Positions 1-12,169 of a DNA stretch of 64,000 bases are shown piece by piece. Each line of letters begins with the position of its first letter. The first letter of the stretch is position 1. Origin of the DNA: Bacteroidota bacterium. GTDB taxonomy: Bacteria; Bacteroidota; Bacteroidia; NS11-12g; UBA9320. Below the pieces are notes generated by a model. The model was not told the origin of the DNA, made no database searches, and worked only from the letters and a program-made list of their open reading frames with translations. A program made the translations under genes and the position numbers. The stretch covers positions 80,154-144,153 of the forward strand of contig JABIUV010000007.1 in NCBI GenBank assembly GCA_018700895.1. The letters are read 5' to 3'.

Positions 1-53
1 CAAGAAGTCAGCAGTACAAAAGCACTTATCGTTAGGTATGCAATTTTTTTCAC
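1..53 (-). CDS. N-terminus of a probable lipoprotein (runs off the left edge)
   Basis: Manual translation from GTG at 53 gives MKKIAYLTISAFVLLTS(C), a typical signal peptide II/lipobox; not in the ORF track; the final codon is truncated (TG-). Confidence 0.55.
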   Translation of the reverse strand, partial: MKKIAYLTISAFVLLTS

Positions 54-132
54 TGACACAAACATAATAAACTAGTGCTGACGAAAGCACAAGTCATATC
101 GAAATGACAGAAAGAAGAAAATTAGGTTTTGT

Positions 133-1671
133 CTAAAGCGGTATGTTACCGTGTTTTTTTTTTGGTATTGTATCCACTTTATTCTCCAACATAGCAAATG
201 CTTTGATAAGCTTGGTACGTGTATGCTCTGGCAGTATCACTTCATCTACAAAGCCACGCTCTGCAGCTCTATACGGATTTGCAAATATCGCGGCATACTC
301 TGCTTCCTTGTCTGCCAATGCAACTTGGAAATCATCTGCTGCTTGTATCTCCCTTCTGAAAATAATCTCTGCGGCTCCTTTGGCTCCCATTACTGCTATC
401 TCGGCACTTGGCCATGCAAAATTCATATCTGCTCCTATATGCTTGCTATTCATCACGTCATAAGCTCCACCATAGGCCTTTCGGGTGATTACCGTAATAC
501 GTGGCACTGTAGCTTCGCTAAATGCATAGAGTAGCTTCGCTCCATTGGTAATAATTGCATTCCATTCTTGATCTGTACCTGGTAGGAAACCAGGCACATC
601 CTCCAATACTAGAAGTGGTATATTGAAGCAATCACAAAAACGAACAAATCGTGCTCCCTTTTGCGAAGATGCAACATCGAGCACACCCGCCAAATACGCT
701 GGCTGATTGGCAATAACTCCTATGCTACGTCCTGCTAACCTGGCAAAACCTACTACAATGTTGGGTGCAAAGTTTTTATGGATTTCGAAAAATGAGTCAG
801 TGTCTATGACACCATCTATAACATCGCGAATATCATAAGGTTGATTGGCACTATCAGGTACGATATCGGTTAATTGCTCTCGCGTTTCGTCTCCAAGTGT
901 ATATTCTACTTTAGGTGCCTGCTCCTCACAGTTCTGAGGCATATAGCTCAATAGCTTTTTGATGTCTTCTATTGCTTCTAGATCATTGGCTGCGGTGAGG
1001 TGAGCTACACCACTTTTTTCGGAGTGCACACTTGCACCGCCGAGGTCTTCTGAGCTTACCTCCTCATTAGTTACTGTTTTTACTACATTAGGACCAGTGA
1101 CAAACATGTAACTGGTATCTTCTACCATTAGAATAAAGTCTGTAATGGCTGGCGAGTATACTGCCCCTCCTGCACAAGGTCCCATGATGGCACTAAGTTG
1201 AGGCACCACACCACTAGCTTGTGTATTACGATAAAAAATATCAGCATAACCACCTAATGACACCACACCTTCCTGTATACGAGCACCTCCACTATCATTT
1301 AGTCCTATTAAGGGTGCTCCATTTTTCATGGCCATCTCCATGATTTTACATATTTTTTCGGCGTGAGTCTCAGACAATGAACCACCAAAAACAGTAAAAT
1401 CTTGAGAGAATACATAAACCAATCTACCCGCTATGGTTCCATATCCGGTAACCACGCCATCGCCTGGGTAGTGCAACGTATCCATCCCAAAATCAGTACT
1501 TCTATGTTTTACCAAGGCTCCAATTTCTTCAAAGGAATTCTTGTCGAGCAGCAAGTCCAAGCGTTCTCGAGCGGTGAGCTTATTCTTCGCGTGTTGAGCG
1601 TCTATTCGCTTTTGTCCGCCACCCAATTTAGCCTCGGCCAGCTTATTCTTTAATATATCTCGGTTATTCAT
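133..1671 (-). CDS. pccB: Acyl-CoA (propionyl-CoA) carboxylase, carboxyltransferase beta subunit
   Basis: [38 protein letters not shown] motifs; ends KKHGNIPL. Confidence 0.93.
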   Translation of the reverse strand: MNNRDILKNKLAEAKLGGGQKRIDAQHAKNKLTARERLDLLLDKNSFEEIGALVKHRSTDFGMDTLHYPGDGVVTGYGTIAGRLVYVFSQDFTVFGGSLSETHAEKICKIMEMAMKNGAPLIGLNDSGGARIQEGVVSLGGYADIFYRNTQASGVVPQLSAIMGPCAGGAVYSPAITDFILMVEDTSYMFVTGPNVVKTVTNEEVSSEDLGGASVHSEKSGVAHLTAANDLEAIEDIKKLLSYMPQNCEEQAPKVEYTLGDETREQLTDIVPDSANQPYDIRDVIDGVIDTDSFFEIHKNFAPNIVVGFARLAGRSIGVIANQPAYLAGVLDVASSQKGARFVRFCDCFNIPLLVLEDVPGFLPGTDQEWNAIITNGAKLLYAFSEATVPRITVITRKAYGGAYDVMNSKHIGADMNFAWPSAEIAVMGAKGAAEIIFRREIQAADDFQVALADKEAEYAAIFANPYRAAERGFVDEVILPEHTRTKLIKAFAMLENKVDTIPKKKHGNIPL

Positions 1672-1679
1672 TGTGATAG

Positions 1680-2435
1680 TTATCCTTCTAGCTGTGAAAT
1701 AAGTTCTTCCGTAAGTTCCAAGTTGTGATACACTGCCTGTACGTCATCGTCATCTTCAAATTTATCAATCATTTTGAGCACCTCCTGTGCCTGCTCCAAA
1801 TTTAAGGTAGTGGTACTCTTAGGGATCTGCTGTATCTCCGTACTTTTACTCTCTATGCATAGCTCTGCGAGTTTGCTCTGCATATTTCCATAATCGTCAA
1901 ATGTGGTGTAAACTATGGTTACCTCATCGGTTTTTTCTACATCTTGGGCTCCGCCATCTATCAGCTCTAGCTCCAGCTCATCTACATCCTTATCTGCTAG
2001 GCTTTCATTGTCGATAGTAAAAACTCCTTTGGTATCAAAAATAAAACTTAATGACCCATTGGTACCCAAGTTTCCGCCTTTCTTGGTGAATATAGATCGG
2101 ACGGCCGCCACTGTTCTATTAATATTGTCTGTAGTAGCTTCCACAAAAATGGCTATTCCGTGTGGAGCATAACCCTCGTAGGTTACGGTTTGCAGGTTTG
2201 CAGCTTCAGCCCCACTACCTTTTTTGATGGCTCGCTCAATGGTATCCTTGGGCAAATTGGCTCCTTTGCCATTTTGTACTGCTAATCTAAGAGCTGGATT
2301 TGAGTCTAAATCAGGCCCACCATCCCTTGCAGCAATTGTTATTTCTTTAATAATTCTAGTCCAAACCTTAGCACGCTTTTTATCCTGTGCAGCTTTACGG
2401 TGTTTTATATTAGCCCATTTACTATGTCCTGCCAT
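1680..2435 (-). CDS. yebC: YebC/PmpR (TACO1) family protein, canonical MAGHSKW type
   Basis: [40 protein letters not shown]. Confidence 0.95.
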   Translation of the reverse strand: MAGHSKWANIKHRKAAQDKKRAKVWTRIIKEITIAARDGGPDLDSNPALRLAVQNGKGANLPKDTIERAIKKGSGAEAANLQTVTYEGYAPHGIAIFVEATTDNINRTVAAVRSIFTKKGGNLGTNGSLSFIFDTKGVFTIDNESLADKDVDELELELIDGGAQDVEKTDEVTIVYTTFDDYGNMQSKLAELCIESKSTEIQQIPKSTTTLNLEQAQEVLKMIDKFEDDDDVQAVYHNLELTEELISQLEG

Positions 2436-2486
2436 TTGTCTTTAGTTACTCCACGTTATACTCTGGCAAACTTAGTCATATTGCAC

Positions 2487-2522
2487 AAAAAAGCCTTCTC
2501 GATACGAATATCGAGAAGGCTT
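2487..2522 (-). terminator. Intrinsic terminator of the T9SS gene
   Basis: Perfect 14-bp stem aagccttctcgata/tatcgagaaggctt, 4-nt loop, U-tract on the minus strand. Confidence 0.8.
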
Positions 2523-2543
2523 CTAATTTTCTTTCTACTTATC

Positions 2544-3275
2544 TTAGTGAGTTATGGTAACTTTTGATGTAGTGACTTTATCCCCATTTGTAACTTTAAG
2601 AATGTATATACCTTTTTCTACGGCATTTACATCAAGTTGGTAACTGTTTGGCGTAATAGCAGAAACTTCGTTACTATTTATTACTGTTTTCCCGTTGAGG
2701 TCTATGAGCTCTATGGTTACTGCATTGCTCTCTGCGAATAGCAAGTCTACATTCAATAGGTTAGTTGCCGGATTAGGATATGCTGCTACATTGTTATTGT
2801 ACTCTAAGTTTGCTACAGAAGCACCATATTGTTTCTCCCAAAGCATTTCTTTTAGAGCAAAGTTATCCGTAGAATCCTCGTCTACAGGAAGTGCCCCTCT
2901 ATCAAAAAGGTAAGCCTGCACTGCGAAGTAAATCTCGGTAGTAGTTCCTATTGTACCATTAATGCCGGCTCCAATTACAGGGCTTTGCACGCTCCCACCA
3001 CTTGGAAGATCTTCTCCCAATATTATGACTGCAGGATTAGATGATACCATCAAATTATTATCCGTTTTGCGAATTAATGCCCAATTGTAATAGATACTAT
3101 CTCCTGCTGAGAGAGCATCACCACTATTGCTTATGGTAAATTGCACGTCTAAAGTAGTCGTAGACTGACCATCTTTAATAAAATCCGGCTTATCAATAGA
3201 AACAAGTGTTAAATCAACTTGAGCGTAAGTTAAACTGGTTAAAACAACGAGTAAGAGAGTAAGTGTTTTTTTCAT
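2544..3275 (-). CDS. Secreted protein with T9SS type A sorting domain
   Basis: Signal peptide; C-terminus YPNPATN...KGIYILKV...KVTITH. Confidence 0.88.
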   Translation of the reverse strand: MKKTLTLLLVVLTSLTYAQVDLTLVSIDKPDFIKDGQSTTTLDVQFTISNSGDALSAGDSIYYNWALIRKTDNNLMVSSNPAVIILGEDLPSGGSVQSPVIGAGINGTIGTTTEIYFAVQAYLFDRGALPVDEDSTDNFALKEMLWEKQYGASVANLEYNNNVAAYPNPATNLLNVDLLFAESNAVTIELIDLNGKTVINSNEVSAITPNSYQLDVNAVEKGIYILKVTNGDKVTTSKVTITH

Positions 3276-3318
3276 GTATTGCTGTAAATTATTTATTCAA
3301 AGGTACGTATTTAAAAAC

Positions 3319-6165
3319 TCAAGCTATCAACGTTTGTAGTTCAGAAATGTCAAGATTGGATAATATATTGTTCTCTGTCACAATTAAGTCTTTTGAAAAT
3401 CCTTGCTTCTTTTTCTGCAATTGCATTATTTTTTCTTCTATCGTATTGCGTGAAATAAACTTGTAGCTGAACACCTTATTCTGTTGACCTATCCTATGAC
3501 TTCTATCACGGGCTTGTGCTTCAGCCGCTGGATTCCACCAAGGGTCTACTATGAATACATAGTCCGCAGCTGTTAAGTTGAGGCCCACGCCACCCGCCTT
3601 GAGCGATATCAGAAAAACACACGGGTTTTCTGCAACTTGAAATTCTTGCACATAGCGAGCTCTATTTTCTTTAGACGTGCTTCCAGTAAGTCTGAAATAG
3701 GGTACTTCCGTTTTCAAATCTCGCTCTAATAAGTCGAGGTATGACACAAACTGTGAGAAAACAAGGACCTTATGCCCATCGGAAATGGCGGTGGTAATTT
3801 TTTCAATGAGCACATTGTGTTTGCCGCTACTGTGAGCATATGCATCATCTGTTAGGTAAGGATGATTAGCTATCTGCCTGAGTTTAGACAACCCTTGCAG
3901 TATAGAAAATCGAGATTTTTCTATTCCTTTTTGCTCTACCATATTCACTAAGTTGTTACGGTATTCAGACTTTACCTCTTCATAGTATTTTTCTTGTTCC
4001 TCCGTCATAGGGCAGCTTATTACTTTTTCGGTGATAGCTGGCAAGTCCTTTGCTACTTCTTCTTTTGTACGCCTCAGCAAGAAGGGTTTTATTATTTTTT
4101 GAAGCTCTTTGGCTTTTTCATGGTCATCATTTTTTTCAATAGGTTTAGCATACTTTTCCTCAAACTGCTTGAGAGAACCTAGCAGACCTTGATTCAAAAA
4201 ATTCATTTGACTCCAGAGGTCACGAATCGTATTTTCTATAGGTGTTCCGGTAAGTGCTAGCCTGCTTGCTGCACGCAACTTATTAATATACTTTGTAGTT
4301 TTGGCAGTTGTGTTTTTTATGTTTTGACTCTCGTCTAATACAATAATCTCAAAATCCATCTGCTCAAATAGGGAGATATCGTTGCGTAGCAAGCCGTATG
4401 ATGTGATTATCAAGTCAGCAGGAAAGAGTGACTCTAGCCCTTTGACTCGCTTATTCCCAGAATGCAAGTATACCGTTATATTAGGTGTGAAAAGTGCTAT
4501 TTCCTGTATCCAATTGAGCAATAGTGAAGTAGGAGCGACGAGCAGAAAAGGACGCTTATTCTCTTTCTCTTTAGTATATTTTACTCGCTGTAAAAATGCT
4601 AAGGTCTGTATCGTCTTACCCAAGCCCATGTCATCTGCCAGTATTCCACCAAATCTGTTGTTGTACAAAAACATTAACCAACTCAATCCCTGAATTTGAT
4701 ACGGTCTTAACTCCCCATTGAATAGTGCGTGTGGTTTTTCTTCCTGTATTTACACAAGACTTACAAGGTGATCCTTTATTTTCTTGGACTTAATAAGACT
4801 CAATACATCAAGCTGATACTTCTTTACGTTAAAGATGTTGTCCTTACCAGTATGTTGTCTAAGGGCCTCCCCCATAGCAAACCACTCTTGAGGAAACACA
4901 AACAACTCTCCATTAGCCAAAACCATCTGGGTGTTGCCTTTTTTCATCTCTTTTACGATAGTAGCAAATGGGATTACTTCTTGTCCAATCGTTATTTTTA
5001 TCTCCAGGTCAAACCAATCTATCTTGTCATTAATGGTATAGTTGAGTTTAGGTTGGTCTGTACTATAGGCATGCTCTAGTTTCGTCTCCAGTTTGAAATG
5101 ACTAGCCGAAAGCACCTCCTTATGCTCACGTAGCCAGCTAATAGCTGCTACTAATGATGAATCTGGCAAAAGAAAAAAGTCAGTATCATCAGGATTTAAA
5201 TTTAACTGTGTAAGGGCTGCTACTCTATTGCTCTCCCATATTTTAGACCTTTTGTACTTCGTAAACTGAGGTTCATTTTCATTCCATACGAGCTGGGTAT
5301 GAAAGAGCTTATTAGTCCCATAAGCAAATCTATGCTCACCGTAGCAAATGAAAAGTCGGAAACCAAATTCACCCTTATGTTCTACTAATTTTAACAGGGG
5401 TTGTGCTTCGTCTTTCTTAGTCTCTATCTCAAAGCCTTGGGCAAAAACAGGTGCTGTCTCTAGCAGAGACAACACAAACTTTTCGTAATACACCTTCTCA
5501 TTTTCGGGTTTTACATGAACGAATTTCTTATGAATAAAAACCGCCAACTTACTACCCTCCACAAAATCATAAAATTTATACAAGCCACCATGGACGATCA
5601 TACGTGCTGGATTTTGCGTGAGCATGAGTGCCCCTTGTTTCATAAAGGGTATACGCTCGTCCTCATATTTTAATGTTATGAAATACGATGTTCCATTTTC
5701 ATTTCGTCTGAAGTGAAATAACGCCTTAGTGTACTCTGGTTTCATCCGCACTCTAAATGCCGCGGGATTAATATCATCTGCTACGTATATATCGCTGCTC
5801 TCTGCAGGCATAAGAGCAAGCCACTTGAGTATTACTTTTTCTATGTATGGGCGTATCTCCGATTTAAACTGCTCCTTGTTAAAGTATTTATGAAAATACT
5901 CCTTGGGGCGTATCTTTTTCTTGGGCGAAAATTTTCGGATAATGTTCTCAACCAATAAATAATCAAGCTCCGCTAGTTGTTCTAACTGCTGTTCCGAAAG
6001 TTGGGTATAAAATGAAGCATTGCCCGAAAACACTTTTTGGTAAGTGAGCGATAAGGTATCTACACTGGTATACGCCACTACATATGGGTGCACCAATACT
6101 CCTAGCTGCGGATGCTCGTGTACACTATATATGAGTTGATACTTTGCGTCTTGCGATACTTTCAC
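3319..6165 (-). pseudogene. SNF2-family (DEAD/H) helicase interrupted by one in-frame TAA at 4750-4752
   Basis: ORFs 4750..6165 and 3319..4686 are in the same frame; read-through gives SLV*IQEEKPHALFNGELRPYQIQGLSWL...LADDMGLGKT; DESQ and SLKAGGVGLNL motifs intact. Confidence 0.85.
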
Positions 6166-6288
6166 TGCGTATTATCTTCAAAAAAATAAGGCAATATACA
6201 CGGGTTCTTTATTTTGTAAAAACATATTTAACTAAAGTATGAAGACAGCTCATTTTTTGTCTACTATCTTAAGACACCCGTTATCAAC

Positions 6289-6846
6289 CTATATATCCAG
6301 ATACTTGGTCTCCAGTAACTCAAGTATTTGATCGGGTTTAGATTTTCGCCAATTGATTTCATTGAGCCCTCCGCCAAAACTTAGCGTATAATGTAGTCTG
6401 TAATTTCCCATCTCCTCTAGCACGTGAGGTAACGCATTGATAATGTAAATGCCTCCTTCTATATCATCCTTCCACTCCTGGTAATAGTCGTCCCCATCTG
6501 CATGAAAATTGAGCACGTTCTCTACGATTAGTGCAAAGTTGTGTATACCGCAGTCTACGAGGTGGTCTATGAGTTCCGTTTTGAGCATCATAATATCATT
6601 GTGTATCGCATCATTCCATTCGCCTATGAACTCTATGATACAAAACTGTTGCTCGTAATCAGCATATAGCAACTTATAAAAAAGTGTTTCGCTCCCAAAA
6701 CTATCCCACTGCGGGTGAATCAGATAATTATAAACCCTATTGGTATAATGAAACTCAGAATAGACGGCACCATAATTCAAAGCATTTTCATCGTGCTCCG
6801 AGTTGTAAATATCTCGCCAAAGATAAAACGGCTCTATGCTATGCAT
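6289..6846 (-). CDS. Conserved hypothetical protein of Bacteroidota type
   Basis: 185-aa ORF coupled to the GT2 gene; MHxIEP...IHPQWDSFGSETL...GEWND pattern recognised from memory. Confidence 0.75.
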   Translation of the reverse strand: MHSIEPFYLWRDIYNSEHDENALNYGAVYSEFHYTNRVYNYLIHPQWDSFGSETLFYKLLYADYEQQFCIIEFIGEWNDAIHNDIMMLKTELIDHLVDCGIHNFALIVENVLNFHADGDDYYQEWKDDIEGGIYIINALPHVLEEMGNYRLHYTLSFGGGLNEINWRKSKPDQILELLETKYLDI

Positions 6847-7762
6847 CTATATTCGTCTCGTCCACAAGGTAAAGGGGTCTATTCTTCACATTATCACTAA
6901 TCCTACTAATATACTCACCTATCATGCCTATGCCTAGTAGCTGTATACCGCCCAGAAACACTATTGTTATCATAAGAGATGCCCAGCCTGGCTGGTATAC
7001 ACCGAGTACAAATCGTGAATAGAGGGTGTACATAATAAGCACAAGACCTAGAGCGGCACATGCAAACCCAGATAGCGTAGCAACACGCAGCGGCCAATTA
7101 GAAAAAGAGGTTATGGCATCCAGTGCCAAGGTTATCATCTTACCATAGGTGTAGCCTGTTTCTCCTGTGTTTCGACCTTTGCGTTCGTAGGTAATATAGG
7201 TTTGATTAAAACCTAACCACGCGATTTGCCCTCTAAGGTACCGTTGTTTCTCAGGCATTTGCTTTAGAGCATTGGTCACTTTGCGATTCATCACTCTAAA
7301 ATCTCCCGTATCTATAGGAATATCTATACGGGTAATTCTATTCAAAAGTTTATAAAAGACCTTTGCGGTAAACTTTTTTAGGAAGGACTCTTTGGCTCTG
7401 CTTTCTCGTTTAGCGTACACTACATCATAACCTTGCTCCATTTGTTTTAATAAAGTAGGAACTACTTCTGGTGGATCTTGCCCGTCACTATCCATTAAGA
7501 GTACCTCGTCACCTTTGGCGTAATCTATACCCGCCGACACCGCGACTTGATGACCAAAGTTTCTGCTCAGATTGATGTATTTAGCATGAGGAGATGCTGC
7601 ACATATCCCCTTAATGGCTGAAAGTGAGTTATCCGTACTCCCATCATTGACAAAAATCAGTTCATAAGCTACACTGTGTTGCTGCAGCACACCCACCAAT
7701 TCTTGGGTAAATGCATTCAAACCATCTTGTTCGTTGTATATGGGAAGTATAACCGAGAGCAT
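6839..7762 (-). CDS. Glycosyltransferase family 2, GtrB/DPM1-like undecaprenyl-phosphate sugar transferase
   Basis: VNDGSTD, SRNFGHQ, MDSDGQDPPE, DTGDFR, two C-terminal TM helices, RPLYLV. Confidence 0.92.
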   Translation of the reverse strand: MLSVILPIYNEQDGLNAFTQELVGVLQQHSVAYELIFVNDGSTDNSLSAIKGICAASPHAKYINLSRNFGHQVAVSAGIDYAKGDEVLLMDSDGQDPPEVVPTLLKQMEQGYDVVYAKRESRAKESFLKKFTAKVFYKLLNRITRIDIPIDTGDFRVMNRKVTNALKQMPEKQRYLRGQIAWLGFNQTYITYERKGRNTGETGYTYGKMITLALDAITSFSNWPLRVATLSGFACAALGLVLIMYTLYSRFVLGVYQPGWASLMITIVFLGGIQLLGIGMIGEYISRISDNVKNRPLYLVDETNIDA

Positions 7763-7917
7763 TGGTGCAAAGTAATGGATTTTAAAATGTATGTTAACGT
7801 ACTAGCCGAACCAAAAATATTCTCGTGTCTTAGAGCCTAATCAGCTCTCCGTTTTCTTCGTTTGCGTATATACCTGACTACGAGCAGGACTAAAACAGGT
7901 ATGGGCACAGCGTAGTT

Positions 7918-10731
7918 TTAGAGCCTGAAGCTGATGCCAAAAAGTATTTGACGTGGGGCTTGGTAGCGTGCTGGGTTATTGGGCGGAGTACCGCTTTCTT
8001 CGGGACCTAAGTACCTGTCATCTCGTTGGTTGTTTGGCAAATCATCGCCCGGTTCCCAAGCTCTACCTGTTACCGGATTTATAATCTGAGCGTTTTTGTT
8101 GTTGAACATATTACGTGCCTCAACGCTTAGTGTTATTCCTTTTCTGTTTTTGTTGGCAAAGGTTTTGGTGATTTTAATATCGCCATTTACCCAAGGTGTT
8201 GCTCTCTCTTCTAGGTAATTTGTTAGGTCGGGAGCATACTCAGGTCTGCCTAGCTCGTTTTGACCTTCTAGTATCATAGGCGTATACCTAAATCCACTTT
8301 GGTATGACGAGCTGAAGTACACTTGAAACCCTTTCATCCATTTGCCGAAATACCTGAATGACGTATCGGGAGCGAATACCACACCGAGATTTATATTCCA
8401 GGGTCTATCCCACGCCAAATATTGCTCTGTACTGAGTGGCACTTCACCATTTTGCTCTATCTGTAAACTGCTTTCCCTCGCACTATTACTCTTCCCCTTG
8501 GCTAACTGATATGCTACATTACTAAACGTACGCAAATACTCTGTCACTCGCCATATCAGATTTACCTCTGCACCTTGCACTTTTGCATAATCCTGATTGA
8601 TGTACATGGTTTTACTCACAGGGCGTCCTGTTTGGTCATTTACAATAACTCTACGACTCACGATATAGTCAAACCTATTGTTATTATACGCCGCCATAGT
8701 GAGCCCCATCGTCTTGCCTATCTGTGCTTTATAACCTACTTCGTAAGATACATTCACCTCAGGATTCAAGTCTGGATTGCCAAGGAATGAGAGGAAACTT
8801 CGGTCTTGAAACTCAGGGTCTAGTCCTGCGTACACAAATCGCGGATGCGGGAGTCGCATACTGTGACTGTAGTTAAAATATAATACATTATTAGCCGTCA
8901 CAGGGAATGAGACATTAATCTTAGGCAGTAATCTCGCTTTGTATCGCAACCCAAAGACCTTAGCCGTTCCGTTCAGATAATCTTCTCGTACTTGGTCTAT
9001 AACGGGTGCATTGGGATTATTCACCGCATCATCAGCAAATTTACCGGGTGCCCAATAGTTGAATCGCATTCCCAAACTAGCAATGATTCCTTTGTACGTT
9101 ATTTTATCACTAAAGAATATACCACCATTATTAGGCTTCACACTCCATATATCGTTGCTACTTCCTATACTTATACTTGGCGTACTTGTGCTATCATTTA
9201 TCTGAATAGGAGCTCCCACCCACGGGCGAGTAACATCTATCCATTGATACTCATTGAGTTTTTGTTCCCACCCAAAGTTCATTTGGTGCGTTTTATTCTC
9301 TGGATAATATCTGAAGCTTGCTTTTATAGTATGTTCCTTAGCATAATGGTCGTGCCACAATGAGCTAATACCTCCATTATTTATCAAACCCGGTCCGGGT
9401 AGTACAAACTGGATATTACGTCCCGGATTGAACACTTGTACAGGATCTGTGACAATACTTTGTTCGTCAAAAACTTGGTCTACACTTTCTGTCCTAAATG
9501 GCCTTCCATTGGCATCGGCTCTTAGGTTGGTAAATAGTCGACCTAGAGCTAAGGTTCCTACCAGCTGCTTATTTATAGTACGGCGAATATTGATGGCCGT
9601 CAGGTTAGAATGGTGTGTGTACGTTGTTGCGTTGTCAAGGTTTAAGCTTCTCTCAAACTGGAAACCTGGTGCAAGTATCGCATCGAATCCAACGATTTGT
9701 AATGTTCTCGTATTTTGATTGATACTCAGACTATGCTGATTGGTAACCGATATCTTCGTTTTTTGGTTTAACTCGTGACTTAGCTTGAGTGTATGCGTAA
9801 ACTGATTGGCTTGTCGCGGAGCCCAAAAGCTATCGTTCTGTGTAAATAGTGAACTATGCAATTGATTTGCCGTCGGACCAAAGTAATAGTCTGTAAGGTT
9901 GAGCGTAAGGTTATTAAAGTAGTAAAACTTTCGCTCTTTTATCTTGATTTTACCGCCAAATGAGAGTTCGGCAATGTCCGTATTCCAACCAAAACTTGGG
10001 TTACCGCCAAAGTTATCTCTCTGCCAACTTCCTGCTACTTCAAATTTGTCTGAACCTTCTTTTATGGTAGTACTAATAACACCTGCTGTTCCACCATCGT
10101 GCTCAGCACCTGCACCGCCTGTGATGAGCTCCAGCTCGCCTATAGAGCCACTGGCCACCTGCACACCAAATCCTGTACCCGCTAATGGGTCTTGTGCACT
10201 TATATTATCTACATTGAAAGAGGTTTCGTATACACGAGCACCACGTATCTGTATACCGTCTGCCGACTTAGATACACCCGCTTGTATAGCTACTACTTCC
10301 TGCACATCACGTACATTCATTTCGGCGATGTCTTTTTTGTTTAGCGTAATGGTACTCTTAGCATCATCCAGCTCCACCACCTTCTTTTTACCGATTACCT
10401 TTACCGTCTCAAAGGTGTTGGTACGTGAGGTCATTTTGATATTGAGCACGGTAGGCTTACCTCCTTTAATGTCAATATCATTATACACCTTATCTTGATA
10501 GCCCATAAATGCTACCTTTATGGAGTACGTCCCAGGTTTTATATTTTCTATCTTGTATGAACCATCTATCTCTGATATAGCCGCTCCGTAAGTGCCCACT
10601 ATTCGCACATAAGCTCCTACGAGTTTTTCTCCGTTTTCTTCAGCAGTAAGCACACCTTGCAGTGTTCCCAACTGTGCAAGACTAGAGAGCGATATGCAAA
10701 TAGCTACGATGCTACCAATTAAATGCTTCAT
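7918..10731 (-). CDS. TonB-dependent receptor with N-terminal carboxypeptidase-regulatory-like domain
   Basis: Signal peptide, GTYSIKVAFMGY, plug IRGAR, GNPDLNPE, barrel end PRQILFGISFRL. Confidence 0.9.
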   Translation of the reverse strand: MKHLIGSIVAICISLSSLAQLGTLQGVLTAEENGEKLVGAYVRIVGTYGAAISEIDGSYKIENIKPGTYSIKVAFMGYQDKVYNDIDIKGGKPTVLNIKMTSRTNTFETVKVIGKKKVVELDDAKSTITLNKKDIAEMNVRDVQEVVAIQAGVSKSADGIQIRGARVYETSFNVDNISAQDPLAGTGFGVQVASGSIGELELITGGAGAEHDGGTAGVISTTIKEGSDKFEVAGSWQRDNFGGNPSFGWNTDIAELSFGGKIKIKERKFYYFNNLTLNLTDYYFGPTANQLHSSLFTQNDSFWAPRQANQFTHTLKLSHELNQKTKISVTNQHSLSINQNTRTLQIVGFDAILAPGFQFERSLNLDNATTYTHHSNLTAINIRRTINKQLVGTLALGRLFTNLRADANGRPFRTESVDQVFDEQSIVTDPVQVFNPGRNIQFVLPGPGLINNGGISSLWHDHYAKEHTIKASFRYYPENKTHQMNFGWEQKLNEYQWIDVTRPWVGAPIQINDSTSTPSISIGSSNDIWSVKPNNGGIFFSDKITYKGIIASLGMRFNYWAPGKFADDAVNNPNAPVIDQVREDYLNGTAKVFGLRYKARLLPKINVSFPVTANNVLYFNYSHSMRLPHPRFVYAGLDPEFQDRSFLSFLGNPDLNPEVNVSYEVGYKAQIGKTMGLTMAAYNNNRFDYIVSRRVIVNDQTGRPVSKTMYINQDYAKVQGAEVNLIWRVTEYLRTFSNVAYQLAKGKSNSARESSLQIEQNGEVPLSTEQYLAWDRPWNINLGVVFAPDTSFRYFGKWMKGFQVYFSSSYQSGFRYTPMILEGQNELGRPEYAPDLTNYLEERATPWVNGDIKITKTFANKNRKGITLSVEARNMFNNKNAQIINPVTGRAWEPGDDLPNNQRDDRYLGPEESGTPPNNPARYQAPRQILFGISFRL

Positions 10732-12169
10732 TCAGTATTTTAGAAATTACTTGGTTTTGATTGGGTTGGAGTTTATTCAGTTTGTGTAATTCCACAGTGA
10801 ATAAAACAAGATTTACATCGTTATTCGAATTACGTCTTCTTATAGCAATAGCCCTTGGTCCGGTCCATCCACCGCTAGGCGTGAGCTGTGCGTTGTAAAA
10901 TATCTCTGCATCTATAGCTGGATAAAATGGATCAGCTGCTAGTAAGAAATTTTGTGGTTGTAAGTCAGGGTATGCGGCATCAGTACTTATGGCTATACTA
11001 TCGTTAGTGAAAAATGCCTGCCCTCTGCTTGGACTAAAACTATCTATAGACAAAACACCTCCTATTATAGAGAGGTCTGCTCCCGTAGCAAATGCTGTGG
11101 AAACTAATATTTTTTTGTCATTGTCTATTAAATTTTGAATAACAGGTGCTGCAAAATCAAGCATTTTGCCATCGGCTCCTGTAAGTGGATTACTAAAGTT
11201 AGCCTCGTCTGAGTGAAAGAATACCTTGTCATAGCTATTAGTCATTAAGCTAAATGTAGGTTCCCAAAACTTGGGTTGGTTAAGACCACTATTGCCCGCA
11301 AAGTTTACAAAATCTGCTCCTACGTAATTATCTTTTACCAGTTGCTTATATTGAGCAGTGATGCTGGCGTTATGTCCACCTACCACCAATAAGTCCGCCG
11401 ATTGAGGTTTTACGTATATGCTATCTGCACTATCTATTGCACTCTCAGCATTCGCGATGTCTGTTACCTTGAGTTGTATTATGTTATCTCCATCGTTTAC
11501 AAATCCATCAATAGTGAGGTCTGGGGTAGATGATAATCCATAAAATACATCAGCATTACCTAATCCTATTGCCCTAGTATCACTTGGTCGTATGGATATT
11601 AATTTTTGGTTTAGATCAATCTCGCTCCATGCCCCATCATTTGCTCGTATAAAGCCTTGCTTGAGTGTACTATTACCATCTGGGTCCGAAGCAGAATAGC
11701 GGAACGTGATAACCAGATTGGTCGTATCCGTTGGCAAACTTGCTTCTTCAAAAGCCACTATGGGTGGTGTGTTTTTTAAGGGCACTTTTAAGTATGCCGG
11801 AGTTTGATCCATGGCTCCCTCATTGTCTACAGCTCTCACATAAAAATCCACGTCTGTAGAATCCAAATCGGGGTCTATATTAAATAGGAATATCGTATCT
11901 TGAGTTTGTGTTTTGATCCAATCTCCTTCGTTTATTTTGTACTCAAAGTATTGAACGTAGCCATCTACATCCGTACCAAACCAGGTAAGGTTTACCGTGC
12001 TGTTGAGCCGAGCATCGCCTTGTAAGTTGATAGCCTCTATGCTCATAGCTGTTTCAGGAGCTACATTGGGTAGTTGTTCTCCCTTTTTACACGAAAAAAC
12101 AAATACAAAGAGGCTCAGTGCAAATGCACCAAGCCCTTTGTTTACATATGTTGAATGTTGTCTCTGCAT
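10712..12169 (-). CDS. Surface lipoprotein with Ig/FN3-like repeats
   Basis: Lipobox FVFSC; WFGTDVDG, VRAVDNEG, ASDPDG and KVTDIANA beta-sandwich motifs; overlaps both neighbours. Confidence 0.75.
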   Translation of the reverse strand: MQRQHSTYVNKGLGAFALSLFVFVFSCKKGEQLPNVAPETAMSIEAINLQGDARLNSTVNLTWFGTDVDGYVQYFEYKINEGDWIKTQTQDTIFLFNIDPDLDSTDVDFYVRAVDNEGAMDQTPAYLKVPLKNTPPIVAFEEASLPTDTTNLVITFRYSASDPDGNSTLKQGFIRANDGAWSEIDLNQKLISIRPSDTRAIGLGNADVFYGLSSTPDLTIDGFVNDGDNIIQLKVTDIANAESAIDSADSIYVKPQSADLLVVGGHNASITAQYKQLVKDNYVGADFVNFAGNSGLNQPKFWEPTFSLMTNSYDKVFFHSDEANFSNPLTGADGKMLDFAAPVIQNLIDNDKKILVSTAFATGADLSIIGGVLSIDSFSPSRGQAFFTNDSIAISTDAAYPDLQPQNFLLAADPFYPAIDAEIFYNAQLTPSGGWTGPRAIAIRRRNSNNDVNLVLFTVELHKLNKLQPNQNQVISKILNEAFNW

